Source: an uncultured Candidatus Binatia bacterium
GTDB lineage: Bacteria; Desulfobacterota; Binatia; Bin18
Direction: 5' to 3'
DNA: 64,000 bases
NCBI GenBank assembly: GCA_965214605.1
Contig: OZ243961.1
Coordinates: 3,168,001-3,232,000 of the forward strand
In this document: in pieces, positions 58,129 through 64,000 of the stretch
Numbering within the stretch: position 1 is the first letter of the stretch
Layout: every line of letters starts with the position of its first letter
The notes under the pieces: model-generated
Databases searched by the model: none
The model's input: only the letters and a program-made list of their open reading frames with translations
What the model was told of the DNA's origin: nothing
Program-made: the position numbers and the translations under genes

Positions 58129-59853
58129 TTAACCCCGACCGTGCCGCAACAGGCGACCCGGCGTGGCGTTTGTGCACTGGCCGTCCTCAAAGGTCACGTC
58201 GCCGTTAACCATAATCCAGCGATAACCGTCGGCCTTCTGGATCCGCCGCCACTCGCCACCTGGGAAGTCGTGCACGACCTCGGGTTTTTCAGGGGTAAGC
58301 TTGAGGTTTTCCAGATCGTACACCACGACGTCGGCCGAAGCGCCCGCGCGCAGGACGCCCCGATCCTGAAAGCCGGCACATTCGGCCGGCATCGCGCTCA
58401 GCCGATAGTGGGCCTCCTCAAGGCTCATAAAACCGGCATCGCGGACCATCCACGACAGCATATCGGTCGGATACGCGCCAATGGTGATGAACTTGGTGTG
58501 GGCACCGCCGTCCGACACCCCGGCCATGCTGTACGGGGAAGCCATCAGCTCGGCTGCATAGTCTTCGCGGACGTTGCGCGCCGGGGTGAGGAATTCGGTC
58601 TCTAGGTTATCCTCGACGGCAATATCGAACATTGCATCCATGGGATGCTTGTTTTCCATTTTGGCGACTTCTTCGACCGTCATTCCGACATATTTCTCGA
58701 ACTTCTTGTTGACGACGGATTCAATGGTGAACTCTTTGAAGGAGCCAGTGACAACCGGTGTGTGGCCGGTATCATACTCTGAGACCAGAGCCTGACGAAT
58801 GGCCGGGTTCTTGAGCTTTTCAAGCCGTTCGGCCGGGGTGCCAATGGTCACTTCACGTACGACATCATTCCCGTCAAAGAGTCCGGTGATTTCACCAAAA
58901 TTGAAGTACAAGCCCTGGCGCATTACCGCGGTCTGGTTATAGATCTTGCGGCCCGCTTTGTTGGTCTTTTCCATCCAGCGCAGAATACGGCGATGGATAC
59001 TAGGCCGGTCGTCACGTGTAGCGGTTGCATTGAACAAAATCGGTCGGCCAGACTCGTCGGCGAGACGGTCGTAGAACTTCATGTCTGCTTCAAAGTCCGG
59101 GCTGGCTTGGGTCAGCTGAATAAAGCCTTCTCCCCGCTCCTTTAACACCCGCCCAAAGATGAGCACATCTTCGTCCGCCATCGTGTCCGTTACCATCGGG
59201 GTGCCGTCGTAGTCGCGTTGGACAGACACAAAGCCGTCACCCAAGCGCTGAGCCGAGAATCCACAGCCCCCGGCATCCATTGATTCACTCAGAATCTGGC
59301 ACATGGTCTGTTTTTCTTTGTCGGTGGCCGGACGACTCTTTGCCGCCTCTAGACCCATAGTCCAGATCATAATCGGGGCAATAGGAACAAAGCTCAGGAC
59401 GTTGATCCCTTTGGGGGTCTGGTCAAGAAAGTCCAGCCATTCGGGAAAGGTCACCCAGTCCCACTTCATCCCGGCCTTCATCGACTCGAACGGAATGGCT
59501 TCAACCCGAGACATGGTCAACATGGCTCGCTCGCGCATCTCAGGCTTCACCGGGGCAAAACCAAAGCCACAGTTACCGACCACGATGGAGGTTACTCCGT
59601 GCCAGCCGGACAGCGTGACGTAGGGGTCCCAGTTAATCTGGGCGTCATAGTGGGTGTGGAGATCAATAAACCCCGGAGCAACGACGAGACCGTTGGCATC
59701 CAGGGTCTTTTGGGCATCGCTGGGTTTGAGCGTGCCGGGTTGTTCGATCTGCGCAATCTTACCGTCCTTGATCCCGATGTCTCCGATGTAACGGGGGTGA
59801 CGGGTGCCATCGACAATCGTACCACCTCGAATGAGCGTATCAAAAGTTGCCAT
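58129..59853 (-). CDS. N-acyl-D-amino-acid deacylase family amidohydrolase
   Basis: 'IRGGTIVDGT', 'APGFIDLHTHYD', 'GNCGFG', 'SDGGAH', 'PGRLLR'. Confidence 0.9.
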   Translation of the reverse strand: MATFDTLIRGGTIVDGTRHPRYIGDIGIKDGKIAQIEQPGTLKPSDAQKTLDANGLVVAPGFIDLHTHYDAQINWDPYVTLSGWHGVTSIVVGNCGFGFAPVKPEMRERAMLTMSRVEAIPFESMKAGMKWDWVTFPEWLDFLDQTPKGINVLSFVPIAPIMIWTMGLEAAKSRPATDKEKQTMCQILSESMDAGGCGFSAQRLGDGFVSVQRDYDGTPMVTDTMADEDVLIFGRVLKERGEGFIQLTQASPDFEADMKFYDRLADESGRPILFNATATRDDRPSIHRRILRWMEKTNKAGRKIYNQTAVMRQGLYFNFGEITGLFDGNDVVREVTIGTPAERLEKLKNPAIRQALVSEYDTGHTPVVTGSFKEFTIESVVNKKFEKYVGMTVEEVAKMENKHPMDAMFDIAVEDNLETEFLTPARNVREDYAAELMASPYSMAGVSDGGAHTKFITIGAYPTDMLSWMVRDAGFMSLEEAHYRLSAMPAECAGFQDRGVLRAGASADVVVYDLENLKLTPEKPEVVHDFPGGEWRRIQKADGYRWIMVNGDVTFEDGQCTNATPGRLLRHGRG

Positions 59854-60015
59854 ACGGTCCTCCTAGAAATAAGGTGAGAGTGAACGTTGGTTCAGCGTTC
59901 CACCCCCACCTTTACACCCCGCATCCCCCTCTGTCAAACCCAGAAACGTCGCCCACATTGATCCCCGTCACGCAACCTGCTAAGGGCACATGGCATCAGA
60001 GCAAGGAGGACAAGT

Positions 60016-60861
60016 ATGGATATCGGTATCACAATGTTTGCGACCGACTACGCAATGCGCCCGGACGATCTGGCCGTTGCCTGTGAGGAGCGTGGCTTTG
60101 AGTCGATCTGGTTTCCGGAACACACCCACATTCCGGCCAGCCGCCTCTCGCCCTGGCCGGGGGGAGCGGAGCTGCCCAAAGAGTACTGGCACACCCACGA
60201 CTTGTTTGTGTCGCTGATGGCGGCTGCCGGGGCCACCAAGAAGATCAAGATCGGAAGCGGTATCTGTCTGGTGATCGAGCGCGATCCAATCGTGTTGGCC
60301 AAGGAGGTGGCCACGGTCGATCAGCTGTCAAACGGCCGCCTACTCTTTGGTATTGGCGGAGGCTGGAACGCCGAGGAGATGGAGAACCACGGCACCCCGT
60401 TCAAACGCCGCTGGAAGGTCTTGCGTGAGCGGATTGAGGCGATGAAAGAGATCTGGGCGAACGATGAGGCCGAGTATCACGGGGAGTTCGTGAACTTTGA
60501 TAAAATCTGGTCCTATCCCAAACCGGCTCAGAAGCCCCATCCACCGATTCTGCTGGGGACTTTTAACGGTGGCCTAAAGCGCGTCGTCAACTACTGTGAC
60601 GGCTGGGTTCCGGTTGGTTTCGATACCAGCACGCTGCCCGAATCGATTAAAGAGCTGCGCGCTCTGGCCGAGCAGGCCGGCCGCTCGTCGGATGAGGTGC
60701 CGGTGTCGATTTTTGGTTCTTCGGATAAACAAGAAGCCCTGGCCAGCCATCAAGAGCTGGGGGTTGAGCGGGCAGTGCTGTTTCTGCCTTCGGCTGACAG
60801 AGACACGCTCATGCCCATGCTGGATAAATACGCAAGCCTGATCCCCAAGTTTGCGTCCTAG
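60016..60861 (+). CDS. LLM-class probable F420-dependent oxidoreductase (Rv2161c-like)
   Basis: 'GFESIWFPEHTHIP.SR', 'AKEVATVDQLSNGR..FGIGGGWNAEEM'. Confidence 0.88.
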   Translation: MDIGITMFATDYAMRPDDLAVACEERGFESIWFPEHTHIPASRLSPWPGGAELPKEYWHTHDLFVSLMAAAGATKKIKIGSGICLVIERDPIVLAKEVATVDQLSNGRLLFGIGGGWNAEEMENHGTPFKRRWKVLRERIEAMKEIWANDEAEYHGEFVNFDKIWSYPKPAQKPHPPILLGTFNGGLKRVVNYCDGWVPVGFDTSTLPESIKELRALAEQAGRSSDEVPVSIFGSSDKQEALASHQELGVERAVLFLPSADRDTLMPMLDKYASLIPKFAS

Positions 60862-60880
60862 ACACAACGGAGTGACAGCA

Positions 60881-60918
60881 ATAAAAAAGGGCGGCCCATG
60901 CGGGCCGCCCTTTTTTAT
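60881..60918. terminator. Bidirectional intrinsic terminator
   Basis: ATAAAAAAGGGCGGCCC-ATGC-GGGCCGCCCTTTTTTAT between convergent genes. Confidence 0.93.
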
Positions 60919-60936
60919 GTGAGGCCGTCACACGGC

Positions 60937-62037
60937 TTAGTTAATGCTGTACAGCGCAGCGGCATTCCCCCCAACAACACCGGAGAGGACATCTTCCGGC
61001 GCATCGGAGAAATGCTCCTTGATGTACTCGGCCGAGCGGGGCCACGGTGAGTCGGTATGCGGATAGTCGGATGACCACATGATCTTGGTCGCGTCGAGGC
61101 GTTTGTAGGTATCGATCCAGGTATCCTCGAACTGGAAGGTGCACCACACGTTACGCTTCACATAGTCGCTGGGCATCATCGTCAACTGGACATTCTGGAA
61201 GTGGCGCAGCCGGTCGTAGCCGTGGTCCAAGCGATACAGGAAGTGAGGCAGCCACGACACGTCGTTCTCAGCCGAGACGATTTTTAGTTTAGGATGCCGC
61301 TCGAACACACTGCCGAAGACCATATCGGCCAGGGTCAGCTGAATCTCCTGGGGCAGGCTCATATAGCCGTACAAAATATTGCTGAAATCAATCCCGTGTC
61401 CCTTGCGGGAGGTCAGGATATGCAGCGAGAGTGGCATGTTCATGTCTGCGGCCGCGGTCCAGAAGGGATCATAGTCCGGGTGGCTGTAGGGGCGGTCTTC
61501 GGGCGGTGCGCCCCAGATTAGCGCGCCCCGCAGGCCCTTCTTGGCGATCCGCTCCAGCTCGGCGATACCGGCCGGAATATCCTCCAATGTGACCGCGCCC
61601 AAGCCGACCAGCCGGTTGGGGTTGTAGCTGGTATACTCGGAAGCCCAGTCGTTAAAGGCGCTAAAGGCCGCGGCGCGCAGCTCAGCGTCTTCGAGCCCGA
61701 ACAGCAACATGCCCATTGAGGTGTACATCGCTTCGGCGCTAACGCCGTCTTTATCCTGGTCCTTGAGCCGTTCGGCCGGGTCCCACACGCTCTTGGGGGC
61801 TACGCTAAAGCCCTTTTCCATGTGGGCCGGCAGCTCTTCGGCGCTCTTGCCCGAGCCAAAGAAACCCGCCACCGGAACTGGGGTGATGTTTTCACACACA
61901 AAAAACTCGCCCGGCTTGCCGTTGTTGCCCTCGACCGTGTGGGGGGCCCGGTCGCGGAATTTTTTGTCCATTCGCTCGGCCCACATATCGGGCGGCTCAA
62001 CAAAGTGCGAATCTCCAGAGATAATACGGTGTGCCAT
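60937..62037 (-). CDS. Amidohydrolase_2 family metallohydrolase
   Basis: 'SGDSHFVEP', 'RLKDQDKDGV', 'FNDW', 'PLSLH', 'FERHPKLK', 'WSSDYPH'. Confidence 0.9.
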   Translation of the reverse strand: MAHRIISGDSHFVEPPDMWAERMDKKFRDRAPHTVEGNNGKPGEFFVCENITPVPVAGFFGSGKSAEELPAHMEKGFSVAPKSVWDPAERLKDQDKDGVSAEAMYTSMGMLLFGLEDAELRAAAFSAFNDWASEYTSYNPNRLVGLGAVTLEDIPAGIAELERIAKKGLRGALIWGAPPEDRPYSHPDYDPFWTAAADMNMPLSLHILTSRKGHGIDFSNILYGYMSLPQEIQLTLADMVFGSVFERHPKLKIVSAENDVSWLPHFLYRLDHGYDRLRHFQNVQLTMMPSDYVKRNVWCTFQFEDTWIDTYKRLDATKIMWSSDYPHTDSPWPRSAEYIKEHFSDAPEDVLSGVVGGNAAALYSIN

Positions 62038-62184
62038 GCTTGACCCTCCTTAAGAGTAAAGAATATACAAGTCCTCATGAAGGCAAAACCGGCTGAACGC
62101 TCATTCAGACGATTGACCTTCTACCCCTTTCTCTATCTCCATTAAACACTTTTCCGATTGAAGTCAAATGCTGAGAGGACCGTC

Positions 62185-63966
62185 ATGTTCAGAACAAATC
62201 CAATTTCGTTAAAAGCGCTGCTAGAAGATGCCAACAGTGGCAAGATTCAGTTGCCCGATTTCCAACGCGGCTGGGTGTGGGAGGACGACCGGATTAGGAG
62301 TTTGCTGGCAAGCGTATCGCGCGGTTTTCCGGTTGGCGCCATTATGACGCTGGAAGCCGGTGGCGAGATACAGCTCAAAGCCCGGATGATTGAAGGCGCC
62401 AGGGACGCTCCCGAGATCGCTCCTGAAGAATTTCTGCTGGACGGACAGCAACGGTTGACCGCCCTGTTCCAGTCGCTGCTGTACCAAGGGCCGGTGGATA
62501 CACATGAGAACCGCGGTCGGCGCATCAGGTGCTGGTACTACGTTGATATGCTGAAGGCAATGGACCCGAAGGTTGACCGGGAAGAGGCGATTATCAGTGT
62601 CTCGGAGGACAGAAAAAAAGCTGACCTTTCCAGGCCGGCACTGGAATACGAGCGGCATATGATACCGACGGAGAAGCTGCTGGATAGCGCGGCTTGGTTG
62701 TTCGACTACGTGAAATTCTGGAACGCCCGAGAGCACCCCAGGGGAGATCCCACCGAATTTGTTACTGGGTTCCTGAAGTCGGTAACAGATACCTTTACCA
62801 GATACGATCTGCCAGTTATCAGGTTAGACAAAGAGACGCCGAAAGAGGCGGTTTGTACTATCTTCGAAAAGGTCAACACTGGTGGCGTTCCCCTTTCGGT
62901 GTTTGAACTGGTAACGGCTATCTTTGCAGCGCAGGACGAAGCTTTCTCTCTACGAGTGGACTGGGAGGCTCGGTGCAGCCGTTTGCGTGACAAGCACAGC
63001 GTGTTGCAGGGCAGTGGCGGCAGTCAATTTTTGCAGGCCGTGGCCCTGCTGACCACACAGCAACGCCGCCGTGAGGCTATTGCCAAGGACCAGCCGCCAG
63101 ACAGGGCACCGGCAGTCAACTGCAGCAAGAATGACATTCTGGGTCTGGAAGTGACGGACTACCAAAAGTGGGCTGAAAGAGTAGAAGAGGGGTTTGTGGA
63201 GGCTGCCAAGTTTCTCCACAACCAGTTCGTGTTGACCAAAAAGAACGTCCCTTATACCGCGCAGCTGGTGCCGTTGGCCACGCTGTTCGTAGAACTTGGA
63301 CCGGACCTGAAAGGGGCCGATGCCATAGAGTTGCTGGAACGTTGGTACTGGTCAGGTATTTTTGGAGAAACCTACAGCGGTGCTGTGGAAACGCAGTATA
63401 TCCGTGACCTGATGCAGGTTCCTGAGTGGATTCGCCGTGGCGGTCCAGAACCAACCGTGGTGAGCGAAGCCAGATTCCTTCCAGAGCGGTTACTGTCCCT
63501 GCGCACTCGCCAGAGCGCTGCTGACAAGGGGCTGTATGCGCTGCAAATGAAAAGCGGCGCCTGCGACTGGAAGTCCGCTAAGTCCCTGCTCATTACTCCC
63601 TGGCACGATGAAAATGTTGACATTCACCACATCTTTCCCAAGCGATGGTGCGACCAGAAGGGGAGACCGAGGAGTCTGTATAACTCCATCATCAACAAAA
63701 CGCCCATCGACGCTAGCACGAACCGAGAGATTGGAGGGAATGCGCCATCAGCGTATCTAGGCCAGCTACAAAGCAAGATCAACGCTGACCATCTGGATCA
63801 AGTCCTGAAATCCCACTGGATTGAGCCAAACTTGTTACGCAATGACCAGTTCGACCGTTGCTTCGTGCAGCGGGGCAAAAGGATGTTGGAATTGATAGGC
63901 CAGGCGATGGGCCGGGAAATACAGGGCGGGCAGGAAGTTTTCCAGAACGCTCTAACCGAAGGGTGA
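62185..63966 (+). CDS. DUF262/GmrSD-family restriction-associated protein
   Basis: 'LPDFQRGWVW', 'LLDGQQRLT', 'IFEKVN', C-terminal 'DIHHIFP..N...N' nuclease-like motif; ATG 62185 after GAGG. Confidence 0.88.
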   Translation: MFRTNPISLKALLEDANSGKIQLPDFQRGWVWEDDRIRSLLASVSRGFPVGAIMTLEAGGEIQLKARMIEGARDAPEIAPEEFLLDGQQRLTALFQSLLYQGPVDTHENRGRRIRCWYYVDMLKAMDPKVDREEAIISVSEDRKKADLSRPALEYERHMIPTEKLLDSAAWLFDYVKFWNAREHPRGDPTEFVTGFLKSVTDTFTRYDLPVIRLDKETPKEAVCTIFEKVNTGGVPLSVFELVTAIFAAQDEAFSLRVDWEARCSRLRDKHSVLQGSGGSQFLQAVALLTTQQRRREAIAKDQPPDRAPAVNCSKNDILGLEVTDYQKWAERVEEGFVEAAKFLHNQFVLTKKNVPYTAQLVPLATLFVELGPDLKGADAIELLERWYWSGIFGETYSGAVETQYIRDLMQVPEWIRRGGPEPTVVSEARFLPERLLSLRTRQSAADKGLYALQMKSGACDWKSAKSLLITPWHDENVDIHHIFPKRWCDQKGRPRSLYNSIINKTPIDASTNREIGGNAPSAYLGQLQSKINADHLDQVLKSHWIEPNLLRNDQFDRCFVQRGKRMLELIGQAMGREIQGGQEVFQNALTEG

Positions 63967-64000
63967 TACGGTAGGGGAGGCGCTGTGGGATGACTGAGGG

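Noticed and set aside
1-64000. CRISPR arrays, tRNA/rRNA, integrases, transposases
   Set aside because: No regularly spaced direct repeats, tRNA signatures or recombinase motifs found by eye; a tool-based scan could still find missed small RNAs

Overview
GC-rich bacterial chromosomal segment, mostly core genes with accessory patches. Gene content (TonB receptor, split GcvPA/PB, KorAB, many LLM/TauD/amidohydrolase paralogs, the 'RRLMLAILEDA' protein) suggests a deltaproteobacterial-type organism such as Ca. Binatia; this is inference only. Core loci: folD-gcvTH-gcvPA-gcvPB, uvrA, iscS-iscA-hscB-hscA-iscX, sppA, korAB, pepA, family-5 UDG, argBDFGH-lipoprotein-dapF-dapAB, pyrF. Accessory content: two modification-dependent restriction candidates (SBD-HNH, DUF262/GmrSD), an orphan NorQ/CbbQ ATPase coupled to a Zn-ribbon TPR protein, and three unexplained ~0.7 kb non-coding tracts at 46-50.6 kb. 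The best candidate for an undescribed system is a six-gene operon at 51371-58051: ATP-grasp ligase, egtC, egtB, egtD, an asparaginase-fold hydrolase and an MFS transporter. It looks like an ergothioneine-type pathway with no egtA or egtE, and with altered substrate-binding motifs in EgtB and the asparaginase. No rRNA, tRNA, CRISPR array or transposase was recognised. All calls come from motif recognition by eye; no database searches were run.
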